Made by a program: the position numbers and the translations under genes
Shown: positions 48,731 through 57,548 of the stretch, in pieces
How the letters are laid out: every line of letters begins with the position of its first letter
How positions within the stretch are numbered: position 1 is the first letter of the stretch
From: an uncultured Rhizobium sp.
GTDB taxonomy: Bacteria > Bacteroidota > Bacteroidia > NS11-12g > UBA955
DNA: 64,000 nt
NCBI GenBank assembly: GCA_964527775.1
Contig: CAZGQS010000001.1
Span: 126,039 to 190,038, forward strand
Reading direction: 5' to 3'
The notes under the pieces: generated by a model
The model's database searches: none
Seen by the model: only the letters and a program-made list of their open reading frames with translations
Told to the model about the DNA's origin: nothing

Positions 48731-49507
48731 TTAATCACCCCAAATGATATCAAAGTGAATGTAGACTGATTTATTAGCAGTGCCCGATTTTGGTGAGTTT
48801 GCATATGGACTAGGGGTCAAGTTGATTTTTAAGATCACCTCAGTTACTCCGGGTGAAAACGGATGTTCAGTAAGGGATTTTGCATTTAATATACTTTCAG
48901 CATATTGGCTCGAGCAATTCGCCTTAACTACTTTTTTTATGTCATCTATATTCCAATTTTTAAGATCGCTTTCTTCGTATCCGAAGTTAAAAGGACTGAA
49001 TTTCTCAGGAGAGAGCCTTTTCAACACGGTGTATTTTGATTGTATGCTTTGCTTTCCGGGGAATTTAAAATTGCAAATTTCTGCATCCTCGCTGTAGTTG
49101 TGGTAGTTAATCATTAAGGTTGTGACTCTTGATTCTTCAATTGATTTTACTATCCACTTAGGTTCTTCATAAAGATAAGTCAGGGTCATTTTTTGATCTA
49201 ACATACTTAGATGGTCTGTTTCAATGGTAAATTTGATGGAGTCATTGACTGGGTGCTGATAATGGCCAGTTTTGCCGGTAAAAACGCTGTCAAATCCCAA
49301 GGTAAAACCTAAATCTTCAAAATAGAAAATCACGGGTTGTGCCGTATCTGGCCCAGAATCGAATACAGGGTTTTCAAGTCCCAATGCTGAATCAATTTCG
49401 GTATTGGATGCAGGTTCTGTAGTTGGATTGGAACAGCTAGCTATGAAAACAATGAGTGTTAATAGCATGAAGCTAGTACAAAGTTGAAAGCAAGATTTCA
49501 AATTCAT
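48731..49507 (-). CDS. Predicted lipoprotein, unknown function
   Basis: Signal peptide plus lipobox (LIVFIASCSN). No recognisable motif. Confidence 0.45.
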   Translation of the reverse strand: MNLKSCFQLCTSFMLLTLIVFIASCSNPTTEPASNTEIDSALGLENPVFDSGPDTAQPVIFYFEDLGFTLGFDSVFTGKTGHYQHPVNDSIKFTIETDHLSMLDQKMTLTYLYEEPKWIVKSIEESRVTTLMINYHNYSEDAEICNFKFPGKQSIQSKYTVLKRLSPEKFSPFNFGYEESDLKNWNIDDIKKVVKANCSSQYAESILNAKSLTEHPFSPGVTEVILKINLTPSPYANSPKSGTANKSVYIHFDIIWGD

Positions 49508-49592
49508 TCTGTGTGTTTTTTGTATTTAAGTCTCAAATAAAATATTAATTCTTTGAAAGAAGAGAATTTACCATTAATTTTGCCGCCCACTA

Positions 49593-49599
49593 AAGGAGG
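49593..49599 (+). promoter_or_regulatory. Shine-Dalgarno-like AAGGAGG upstream of the rpsA TTG start
   Basis: AAGGAGG at 49593-49599, 9 nt before the TTG at 49609. An in-frame TAA at 49591 limits the possible starts. Confidence 0.6.
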
Positions 49600-49608
49600 A
49601 ATTTTATA

Positions 49609-51729
49609 TTGACACAAGAATCAAAAGATCAACAAAATGAAGAAATCGTGAGCGCAGCTACGATTTCTACTCCAGCTCCCAAGAAAAGTTCAACTGCAGC
49701 TTCTGCACATGATGATTTTGACTGGGACGCTGACGAAGCGGGCTTCCAGTCTTATTCTAAGGAAGATCGTCTTAAGCTCGAAGAGCAGTACAACAACACC
49801 TTCAATCCTGTTACAGAGAAAGAAGTTGTTAAAGGTGTAGTCGTTGCAATTAACGACAAAGACGTAGTAGTTAACATCGGCTTCAAAAGCGATGGTATGG
49901 TACCACGTACAGAATTTCGCGATATGCCCGACTTAAAAGTGGGTGATAACGTAGAAGTATTCGTTGATATTGCCGAAGACAAAATGGGTCAGTTGATCTT
50001 GAGTCGCCGTAAGGCCTTACAAGAAACAGCATGGGAACGCATCATTGAAGCAATGGAAAGCGATACTGTTGTTACAGGTTATGTTCGTTCTAGAACCAAA
50101 GGTGGTTTGGTAGTTGATGTTTTCAACATCGATACTTTCTTGCCAGGTTCACAAATTGATACTAAACCCGTTCGTGATTACGATCAATACGTAGGTAAAA
50201 CTATGGATTTCAAGATTGTAAAAGTGAACGAAGTGTACAAAAACGTTGTAGTTTCACACAAAGCTCTTATTGAAGATGATATTGAAGCTCAGAAATCTGA
50301 GATCTTGTCTCGTCTTGAAAAAGGACAAGTACTTGAAGGTGTAGTTAAAAACATGACTAGCTTCGGTGTATTTGTTGATTTGGGTGGTATAGACGGTTTG
50401 TTGCACATTACTGATATCTCTTGGGGTAGAATCAACCACCCTGAAGAGGTGTTGAAATTAGACGAAAAAGTAAACGTTGTAATCCTTGATTACGATGATA
50501 CTAAAAAGCGTATTTCTTTAGGATTGAAGCAGTTGTCTGCTCATCCTTGGGATGATTTAGATCCATCTATCACCGAAGGTTCAAAAGTGAATGGTAAAGT
50601 AGTTAGCGTTGCTGATTACGGTGCATTCATCGAAATTAAGCCTGGTGTTGAAGGATTGGTTCACGTTTCTGAAATGAGCTGGAGCTCTCACTTGAGAAAT
50701 CCATCTGAATACCTAACTGTTGGCGAAGATATTGATGCAGTTGTATTGTCACTTGACCGCAGCGAGCACAAAATGAGCCTTGGTATTAAGCAATTGACTC
50801 AAGATCCTTGGGTTGAAATTGCAAACAAATACCCTGTAGGTAGCAAACATAAAGGTGTAGTGAAAAACTTGACCTCTTATGGTTTATTCCTTGAATTGGA
50901 AGAAGGTATCGACGGACTGGTTCACGTTTCTGACTTGAGCTGGAACAAGAAAATCAAGCACCCTAGCGAATTCGTTAAAAAAGGCGAGTCTCTAGAAGTA
51001 ATTGTTCTTGAAGTTGATTCTGACAACCGTCGTTTGAGCCTAGGTCACAAACAATTGGAAGAAAATCCATGGGATACTTTCGAAACTATCTTCACTTTGG
51101 GTTCAATCCACGAAGGTACTGTTACCAGCATCAATGATAAAGGTGCAACTATTCAGTTGCAATACGGTGTTGAAGCATTCGCTCCAACTCGCCACATCAA
51201 GAAAGCTGATAACAAGCCAATGAAAGAAGATGAAGTGTTTGAATTTGAAGTGATTGAGTTCTCTAAAGATTCAAAACGTATCATCGTTTCTCATACAAAC
51301 ATTTGGAAAGGTGCTGAACGTGCGAAAGACGGAGAAGAGAAATCATCTCGCGAAAAAGCAAGAAAGAATACATCTAAAACTATGAAGAAGATCAACCAGT
51401 CTTCTGAAAAGACCACCCTTGGTGAGTTAGATGCACTTTCTGAATTGCGCGCACAATTCGAAAAAGCTGAGTCTAAACCCGCTGCAAAAGCAGTTAAAGA
51501 GGTAGTTGAAACTCCAGCAACCGAAGAAGCTTCATCTACTGGTGTTTCTGAATTGAAAGACCTTTCAGGTGTAGGTCCGGCAATGGTTAAGAGAATGTCT
51601 GCTTTGGGTGTAAATACCATCGAAGATCTTCTTGCTATCACTGACGAAAAGGCGGCTGAATTAGCTGAACAAGATTCAAAAATCTCTGCTGAGCAGTGGT
51701 CAAAATGGATCGGTGAAGCTAAAGCTTAA
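49609..51729 (+). CDS. rpsA: 30S ribosomal protein S1 with an extended C-terminal tail
   Basis: Six S1/OB repeats (for example GVVKNMTSFGVFVDLGGIDGLLHITDISW) and an acidic N-terminus with DFDWDA. The tail of about 140 aa ends in a helix-hairpin-helix-like segment. Confidence 0.9.
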   Translation: MTQESKDQQNEEIVSAATISTPAPKKSSTAASAHDDFDWDADEAGFQSYSKEDRLKLEEQYNNTFNPVTEKEVVKGVVVAINDKDVVVNIGFKSDGMVPRTEFRDMPDLKVGDNVEVFVDIAEDKMGQLILSRRKALQETAWERIIEAMESDTVVTGYVRSRTKGGLVVDVFNIDTFLPGSQIDTKPVRDYDQYVGKTMDFKIVKVNEVYKNVVVSHKALIEDDIEAQKSEILSRLEKGQVLEGVVKNMTSFGVFVDLGGIDGLLHITDISWGRINHPEEVLKLDEKVNVVILDYDDTKKRISLGLKQLSAHPWDDLDPSITEGSKVNGKVVSVADYGAFIEIKPGVEGLVHVSEMSWSSHLRNPSEYLTVGEDIDAVVLSLDRSEHKMSLGIKQLTQDPWVEIANKYPVGSKHKGVVKNLTSYGLFLELEEGIDGLVHVSDLSWNKKIKHPSEFVKKGESLEVIVLEVDSDNRRLSLGHKQLEENPWDTFETIFTLGSIHEGTVTSINDKGATIQLQYGVEAFAPTRHIKKADNKPMKEDEVFEFEVIEFSKDSKRIIVSHTNIWKGAERAKDGEEKSSREKARKNTSKTMKKINQSSEKTTLGELDALSELRAQFEKAESKPAAKAVKEVVETPATEEASSTGVSELKDLSGVGPAMVKRMSALGVNTIEDLLAITDEKAAELAEQDSKISAEQWSKWIGEAKA

Positions 51730-51751
51730 TCCAACTAATTAAATTACAAGA

Positions 51752-51780
51752 AGTCCCACCGGTAACGGTGGGACTTTTTT
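51752..51780 (+). terminator. Rho-independent terminator after rpsA
   Basis: Perfect 10-bp stem AGTCCCACCG (51752-51761) / CGGTGGGACT (51766-51775) with loop GTAA, followed by a T-run. Confidence 0.85.
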
Positions 51781-51816
51781 GTTTTATAGGATTTCGGTAA
51801 CTTTGAGAATCATAAA

Positions 51817-52488
51817 ATGGATAATTTACAGGCTCAACTTACAGCCGCTTTTTTGATAAGCCTACTGCACGGGTTAATTCCATCTCATTGGTTGCCTTTG
51901 GTAGCACATGCAAAAACCCAAAAATGGGATTGGAGCAGACTCTTAAGAGAAACTATATGGATTTCTACCATTCATACTTTAGGTACCGTTATGATTGGGT
52001 ATCTTGTTTATCACACTGCTCACCTAAGTCACATTGGAGCGATAAGTTTATCTGAAAATACCAACTCAGAGGCTGCTTTAGATGCCCTAGATCAACTGAG
52101 ATTGAATCTGCCGTTTGAGAAATTTTCGGCCGTCATTATGTTTGTTTTAGGACTTATATTTTTATATAGACATTACACTCACAAGCATTTTCATTTAGAC
52201 CATAAGAAATTTGGTAAAAATATGACCATAGGAATTGCACTAGCCATGTTCCTAAGTCCCTGTATGGAAATCATTGGTTATTATTTCACCTTAGCACCAT
52301 TGGGTTTGGATGCTTTTTTTAAATTAAGTTTTATTTATATCATCACCACTCAAATAAGCATTACAGCAGGTGTAATGTTATTCAATAAAGGATTGAGTAA
52401 AATCAATTCACACAAATGGGAACACAATGCAGGAATATTTAGCAGTTTGCTCATTATTATTTCCGCATTGATGATGTGGTTTTTTTGA
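51817..52488 (+). CDS. Integral membrane protein with a His-rich loop, possibly a NicO/RcnA-like metal transporter (hypothetical)
   Basis: About 6 TM helices, LLHGLIPSHW in TM1 and a loop YRHYTHKHFHLDHKKF. The family assignment is tentative. Confidence 0.3.
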   Translation: MDNLQAQLTAAFLISLLHGLIPSHWLPLVAHAKTQKWDWSRLLRETIWISTIHTLGTVMIGYLVYHTAHLSHIGAISLSENTNSEAALDALDQLRLNLPFEKFSAVIMFVLGLIFLYRHYTHKHFHLDHKKFGKNMTIGIALAMFLSPCMEIIGYYFTLAPLGLDAFFKLSFIYIITTQISITAGVMLFNKGLSKINSHKWEHNAGIFSSLLIIISALMMWFF

Positions 52489-52490
52489 GT

Positions 52491-53243
52491 TTAGGCATTC
52501 TTAGCCAAATATTTGTCAATCACATTGTGAATGATATACAAAAGGGGCAATAAAATGATAGCCATCCCCAATTTATAAATGTAATTGATGGTTCCTACTT
52601 GGAGCACCCAAGTAAGTGAATAGTTTCCGCCAATATAAAAGGCGATAACGAGCACAACATAGCTATCAATAAATTGACTAACAATGGTGCTGCCTGTAGC
52701 CCTCAACCAGATCATTTTATCGTTGGTGTACCTTTTGATTCTTTCAAAGATTAATGCATCTATCAATTGTCCAATCAAAAAAGCTACCAACGACCCCACA
52801 ATGATCATTAATCCCTGCCCGAATACAGCGTTAAAGGCACTCCCCATGTTTTCTATTCCCTGGGTTTTAGCCCCTTTTAGCCACCAAGTTGCCCCCTCTA
52901 ATGACATGGCAAGCCGCACCATGATAAATGAGTAAACCAACATGATTACGGCCAAATATGAAAGTCTTTGCACGCCTTTTTTGCCAAAATATTCATTGAT
53001 GATATCTGTAAGTATGAAAACAAATGGCCATAAGATTACACCCGCAGTCATATCTAGGTTATAAGTAGAATCTCCCCATTTCAAATTCAATGGTTGAATA
53101 CCCAAACTTCCCTCAAGCGAAAAAATCTTAGCACCAATAAACTCCGCAATGATGGCATTGGTCAAGAATGAAAATCCCAAGACAATAAACAGTCTATTTT
53201 TACGTTCATTGAAAGCAGTTGTTGATTTAGTTAACATTCGCAT
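52491..53243 (-). CDS. yhhQ: Queuosine-precursor transporter (YhhQ/VUT, DUF165 family)
   Basis: AGVILWPFVFILTDIINEYFGKK and STIVSQFIDS are characteristic of the YhhQ family. Confidence 0.75.
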   Translation of the reverse strand: MRMLTKSTTAFNERKNRLFIVLGFSFLTNAIIAEFIGAKIFSLEGSLGIQPLNLKWGDSTYNLDMTAGVILWPFVFILTDIINEYFGKKGVQRLSYLAVIMLVYSFIMVRLAMSLEGATWWLKGAKTQGIENMGSAFNAVFGQGLMIIVGSLVAFLIGQLIDALIFERIKRYTNDKMIWLRATGSTIVSQFIDSYVVLVIAFYIGGNYSLTWVLQVGTINYIYKLGMAIILLPLLYIIHNVIDKYLAKNA

Positions 53244-53340
53244 TCAAATCTAGTCAAATTAGACAGGTTTTAAAATGTGAATAAGCCAATTAATGCCTTT
53301 AATCAATCATGTTTAATTTTACCACTGATAAACTAGTACA

Positions 53341-54363
53341 ATGAAATTTTGGTCGGCTATTCTTTGGTTTACATTCATACTTACCCCGTTAAATGGGCAA
53401 CCTTCCTCTTCATCATCCAATGAAGATTTAATAAGAACGCTGATTCAACAAGGTAAAATAGCAGATGCTAAAATTGAAATTCAAAGACAGTTAGCCGCCA
53501 ATCCCAATAACTCTGAAGCACACTTCGGATTGGGACTCTGTTACATCAATTCAAAAGAATATAGCACCGCTTTAGTGTCCCTCAATAAAGCCATAAATTT
53601 AAATCCGAATTTGAAGGACGCCTATTTCTACCGGTTTTTAGCCAATATCGAAACCTCAAACTTTCAGTTTGCAATGGCTGACATCAACCAGCATTTGAAA
53701 TTTTTCTCACAAGATACCTTGGCACATTCACAAAAAATGAAATTAGCCATCCAAATGAGGGAGTATAATGATGCCATTCAAGAAGGATATTGGTTGGTTG
53801 ATCACAAATTCGGGGGAGATGACCTTATTCTTCAGCAAATTCAATTGCTTGAAATGCAAAAAGGTCCCAAAGAACAAATTACTTTTTTGAATAGAGTAAT
53901 TCTGGATAACCGTGATAATCATGGTTGGTATTATCACCGAGCGCAAGCATATTTTAATTTGGGAGAATATGAAAAGTCTTTGATTGATTTGGATAGGTTT
54001 TTAATAGCTGATCCCAAGTTTATCAATGCTCTAAAACTGAGGTTTGACAATCACTATTTTTTGAGAAATTTACCCAAATGCGAGATTTATATCCAAGAAC
54101 TCATGGATCTTGAACCTGAAAATGGCTTGTTTTACAGTGATTACGGGCACATTTTACTCCAAAAGGGGGAATGGAACAAGGCCATCAAGAATTTTGACCA
54201 AGCCATCAAATATAAATCTGATCATTTGGGTTATGTTTACCTAGGACGAGGAATCGCCCGATTTAACCTAAACCAGAAAAAATTAGCATGCGCAGATTGG
54301 GAGAAGAGCTTACTTTTGGGTGAAACCATTTCAAAAAAATATCTAAACAACTATTGCGAGTGA
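53341..54363 (+). CDS. Secreted TPR-repeat protein
   Basis: Signal peptide and multiple 34-aa TPR-like units (AHFGLGLCYINSKEYSTALVSLNKAINLNP...). Confidence 0.7.
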   Translation: MKFWSAILWFTFILTPLNGQPSSSSSNEDLIRTLIQQGKIADAKIEIQRQLAANPNNSEAHFGLGLCYINSKEYSTALVSLNKAINLNPNLKDAYFYRFLANIETSNFQFAMADINQHLKFFSQDTLAHSQKMKLAIQMREYNDAIQEGYWLVDHKFGGDDLILQQIQLLEMQKGPKEQITFLNRVILDNRDNHGWYYHRAQAYFNLGEYEKSLIDLDRFLIADPKFINALKLRFDNHYFLRNLPKCEIYIQELMDLEPENGLFYSDYGHILLQKGEWNKAIKNFDQAIKYKSDHLGYVYLGRGIARFNLNQKKLACADWEKSLLLGETISKKYLNNYCE

Positions 54364-55313
54364 AAATCATTACATATGGATTTTTGGTTTTGGGTGGATT
54401 GTTCCTCCTTTCAAATGGAATTAATCCCACACAAAAAGCAAATCCTATTAACAACGATACTACATTAAATCAATCGAACGATTTCTTTAAAACACCCGAT
54501 GTAGCATTTTGGCTGAGAGATATTGAACTATCTTCAGATTCATTTTTGGTAGTTGATAAACAATCTCGAAAAGTAATTGATGTATTGCATAAGTCACAAG
54601 TTTTGAAGATTGAAACCGGTAAAAACCTTAAAGAATTGGCAAAAATTTACCATTATTTGCACAAGTTAGATTCGAATTCTCAGGTGAAATTTGTTCGAGG
54701 ACGTAAAGAGTTTTTTAACTATCCCAAAATTGAACCGCACATTGGACCAGCAGAAGTTATTTTCAAAAGCGTTGGTGTAGATTCTGCATTAGCAAGATTT
54801 ATTTTGCTCATTGAAAGCCCAAGCAATTCTTCTGCAACTTCTATCTCAGGCGCTAGAGGACATTTTCAATTGATGCCATCTGTGGCCCGGAAATACGGAT
54901 TGGTAATAAACCAGTATAGAGATGACAGATTAAATTTTGAAAAATCTGCTGTTGCAGCTGCCAAATTGATGAAGCAATATTGCATCCCACAAGCCCAAAG
55001 AATAGCTTTGAGTGCTGGTATAATGGTTGATTCATCTGTAAAGACTGAATTATGGTTTAGATTACTGGTATTGCATGTTTACAATGCGGGTGCGGGCACT
55101 GTGGCAAAAGCAGTAAGAATTTATTCTGCTGATGGATTAACAGGTGAGGAGTTGATTTTTAAATTATGGAAAACGCATGTGGGGGCATTCGGAAATAGTT
55201 CTCAAAATTATTCACAAGTTGCTTTAGCAAGTCATTTAGCGTACAATCGATATTTATCAAATAAAAAATCAGAGGTCTATTCACATTCAGACCAAAACAA
55301 TTGTGCCAATTAG
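54354..55313 (+). CDS. Lytic transglycosylase (SLT) domain protein
   Basis: Catalytic-Glu region LIESPSN...SGARGHFQLMP...YG and an AYNAG-like motif (VYNAGAG). The start is TTG (54354) or GTG (54360), overlapping the upstream stop. Confidence 0.65.
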   Translation: MRVKIITYGFLVLGGLFLLSNGINPTQKANPINNDTTLNQSNDFFKTPDVAFWLRDIELSSDSFLVVDKQSRKVIDVLHKSQVLKIETGKNLKELAKIYHYLHKLDSNSQVKFVRGRKEFFNYPKIEPHIGPAEVIFKSVGVDSALARFILLIESPSNSSATSISGARGHFQLMPSVARKYGLVINQYRDDRLNFEKSAVAAAKLMKQYCIPQAQRIALSAGIMVDSSVKTELWFRLLVLHVYNAGAGTVAKAVRIYSADGLTGEELIFKLWKTHVGAFGNSSQNYSQVALASHLAYNRYLSNKKSEVYSHSDQNNCAN

Positions 55314-55361
55314 CACAGATCTAATTGTTATATCATTGTATTTTCGTGGCAAACGTATTAT

Positions 55362-55901
55362 ATGATGAAGATGATTAAGGAAATTAGTCGGGTTAAATTC
55401 TTTACTTGGCTTTTGTTTTCAGCTATTTCTGTATCAACTACTTTGGCAGCCGATGCCCAAAACGGGAAAAAATTGTACGAGTCAAACAACTGCGGAAGTT
55501 GTCATGCTTTTAATAAGAAAATCATTGGACCTGCCCTTGCAGGTGTAAATGATCGACATTCGGAGGAGTGGTTAATTCAATGGATTCGTAACAATAAGAA
55601 ACTTAGAGAAACGGGTGATGCCGAAGCATTAAAATTATACGCTGAATACAACAGTTCGCCAATGAATGTGTATGAAAATCTCTCATCTGATGATGTTAAA
55701 GACATTCTAGCTTATGTAAAGTTGGAATCCACAGCAAAGGAAGAAGGTGTTACTACAAATAAAGAGGAGCCTCAAGAAGAGAGTCAATCGATCACTTATC
55801 TAACTTTTTTGGTCATTGTATTTTTTATATTATTCTTGGTATTAACAAGAGTTAGATCTCGATTACGAAGGATTGCTCCAACTGAAGAAAATTTAGACTG
55901 A
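55362..55901 (+). CDS. Membrane-tethered monohaem c-type cytochrome
   Basis: Signal peptide, one CXXCH (CGSCH), an acidic linker, and a C-terminal TM helix (ITYLTFLVIVFFILFLVL) with a basic tail. Confidence 0.8.
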   Translation: MMKMIKEISRVKFFTWLLFSAISVSTTLAADAQNGKKLYESNNCGSCHAFNKKIIGPALAGVNDRHSEEWLIQWIRNNKKLRETGDAEALKLYAEYNSSPMNVYENLSSDDVKDILAYVKLESTAKEEGVTTNKEEPQEESQSITYLTFLVIVFFILFLVLTRVRSRLRRIAPTEENLD

Positions 55902-55928
55902 TTGCCCTTTTTGGGGATTTGAATCGCG

Positions 55929-55959
55929 AAAAACCTCCAAAAATATTGGGGGTTTTTTT
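55929..55959 (+). terminator. Rho-independent terminator after the monohaem cytochrome gene
   Basis: Stem CCTCCAA (55934-55940) / TTGGGGG (55946-55952) with one G-U pair and loop AAATA. An A-run precedes it and T7 (55953-55959) follows. Confidence 0.7.
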
Positions 55960-56181
55960 GTGGCGTAAATTTTACTGTTTTCTCAACTTTTGGTCGATAA
56001 ACGGAATAATAAAATGGACAAAATGACCCTAAGTATGTGTAACAAAACTCACATACTAACATTTTGAAGGTGATAGGTCTTTTTTAAGTCATTCATTTTT
56101 AGGCAAATAAATCATTATTTAGAGCGATTTTAAATTGAAAACTATGTTAACAATTTATTTTCGAGGCTTGGTTTCACTTGG

Positions 56182-56189
56182 TATATTTG
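56182..56189 (+). promoter_or_regulatory. Candidate -7 promoter box (TATATTTG) of the act operon
   Basis: Exact TAnnTTTG match ending 30 nt before the actA ATG at 56220. Confidence 0.45.
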
Positions 56190-56219
56190 CGACGCGATAC
56201 AAGTTTCGTCAAACTAGTT

Positions 56220-57530
56220 ATGAATATTAGTCGAATCAAAATGTGGGCTCTAGCAATTGGTTTCACCATTGCTTCTCCCATTTTATCTCAGGCACAACCA
56301 AATGCCGATGAAGGGAAAAAACTCTATGAAGCCAACAACTGTGGTAGTTGTCACGCTCTTGACAAGAAAGTTGTGGGTCCAGCCTTGCGCGGGGTCCATG
56401 AGAGAAGATCAGAGGAGTGGTTGGTGCAATGGATAAGAAACAACAAGAAATTCAGAGAAAGTGGTGATGCCGATGCAATCGCCATTTACAATGAGTATGG
56501 TGGTGCAGCCATGAACATTTTCGAGAATTTGACTCCTGCTCAAGTTCTTGATATTGTTGAATACATCAAAACTGCTCCTGCTCCAGCAGCTCCCAAAACA
56601 GATGCACCTGTAGGTCCATCTGAACCACAGGCTGATCCATCTACTAAATACATTCTATTGATATTGGTAGTGATTTTTGGAATTGTCTTGATGGTACTGG
56701 GTAGAGTTAAAAATACCTTACGCAGAGTTGCAGCTGAAAAAGACCCTTCTGAAGGTGAATTTTTGGGAGATAACCGCAAATGGTATTTGAAGATGTTGCC
56801 ATCTAAATTGGCACATATGAATCCAACTGTATTGGCAATTTTCATCACCTTAGCAGTTGCACTTCCTGGTGCTTGGTATGGTTATAAATTTGCTATTACC
56901 GAAGTTGGTGTACAAAAAGGTTATGCTCCAACTCAACCTATTGCATTTTCACACAAATTGCACGCAGGAGAATTGAACATTGATTGTAAGTATTGCCACT
57001 CAACCGTTGAAGAATCTAAGAGTGCAAGTATTCCTGCATTGAACACTTGTATGAACTGTCATAAAGGTGTACAAGCCACTGAGAAATACAACGGTGAGAT
57101 TTCTCCAGAAATCAAAAAAATATATGCCGCTTTGGATTATGATCCTCAAGCACTTCCTGGTAAAGAGTATGGTAACAATCCTAAGCCAATAAGATGGGTT
57201 AGAATTCACAACTTGCCTGATCATGCATATTTCAACCACTCACAACACGTTGTAGTTGGGAAATTACAATGTCAAAGTTGCCACGGTCCCGTTGAAAAAA
57301 TGGAAGTTGTACAACAATGGAACACTCTTCAAATGGGTTGGTGTATTGATTGTCACCGTAATACAGGTATAGATGCTGCTAACAACAATTATTATGCAGC
57401 ATTGCACGATAAAGCGGCGAAAGATTTGAAAAAGAATCAAAACAACAGCCAATATTTTGGACCTGACGGAAAAGTTAAAATCACTCCTGCTATGAACGGT
57501 GGATTGGAGTGTGCTAAGTGCCACTATTAA
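56220..57530 (+). CDS. actA: Alternative complex III subunit ActA (multihaem cytochrome c) with a fused N-terminal monohaem cytochrome module
   Basis: Six CXXCH motifs (CGSCH, CKYCH, CMNCH, CQSCH, CIDCH, CAKCH) and two TM helices between the first haem motif and the other five. It is the first gene of an actABCDEF-ordered cluster. Start at MNISRIKMW (56220). Confidence 0.85.
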   Translation: MNISRIKMWALAIGFTIASPILSQAQPNADEGKKLYEANNCGSCHALDKKVVGPALRGVHERRSEEWLVQWIRNNKKFRESGDADAIAIYNEYGGAAMNIFENLTPAQVLDIVEYIKTAPAPAAPKTDAPVGPSEPQADPSTKYILLILVVIFGIVLMVLGRVKNTLRRVAAEKDPSEGEFLGDNRKWYLKMLPSKLAHMNPTVLAIFITLAVALPGAWYGYKFAITEVGVQKGYAPTQPIAFSHKLHAGELNIDCKYCHSTVEESKSASIPALNTCMNCHKGVQATEKYNGEISPEIKKIYAALDYDPQALPGKEYGNNPKPIRWVRIHNLPDHAYFNHSQHVVVGKLQCQSCHGPVEKMEVVQQWNTLQMGWCIDCHRNTGIDAANNNYYAALHDKAAKDLKKNQNNSQYFGPDGKVKITPAMNGGLECAKCHY

Positions 57531-57548
57531 AAAATAGAAAAACACGAA

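Noticed and set aside
53244-53340. Possible preQ1 riboswitch upstream of the YhhQ-like queuosine-precursor transporter
   Set aside because: I read the minus-strand leader and found no compact hairpin followed by an A-rich tail, and nothing matching the preQ1-I/II consensus features I know. A covariance-model scan would be needed to be sure.
55905-55952. Alternative pairings (CCC/GGG at 55905-55916; TTGGGG at 55911-55916 with CCTCCAA at 55934-55940) that compete with the terminator stem, resembling an attenuator
   Set aside because: The competing stems are only 3-6 bp including a G-U pair. They lie after a stop codon, not in a leader. This is too weak to claim without folding energies or conservation.
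56014-56067. 17-codon upstream ORF (MDKMTLSMCNKTHILTF) in the act upstream region
   Set aside because: It lies upstream of the candidate promoter box, has no translation signal, and overlaps the inverted repeat. It is most likely chance.
56178-56219. TTG-initiated extension of actA given in the ORF track
   Set aside because: The extension contains the TATATTTG promoter box, and the signal peptide starts at the ATG at 56220.
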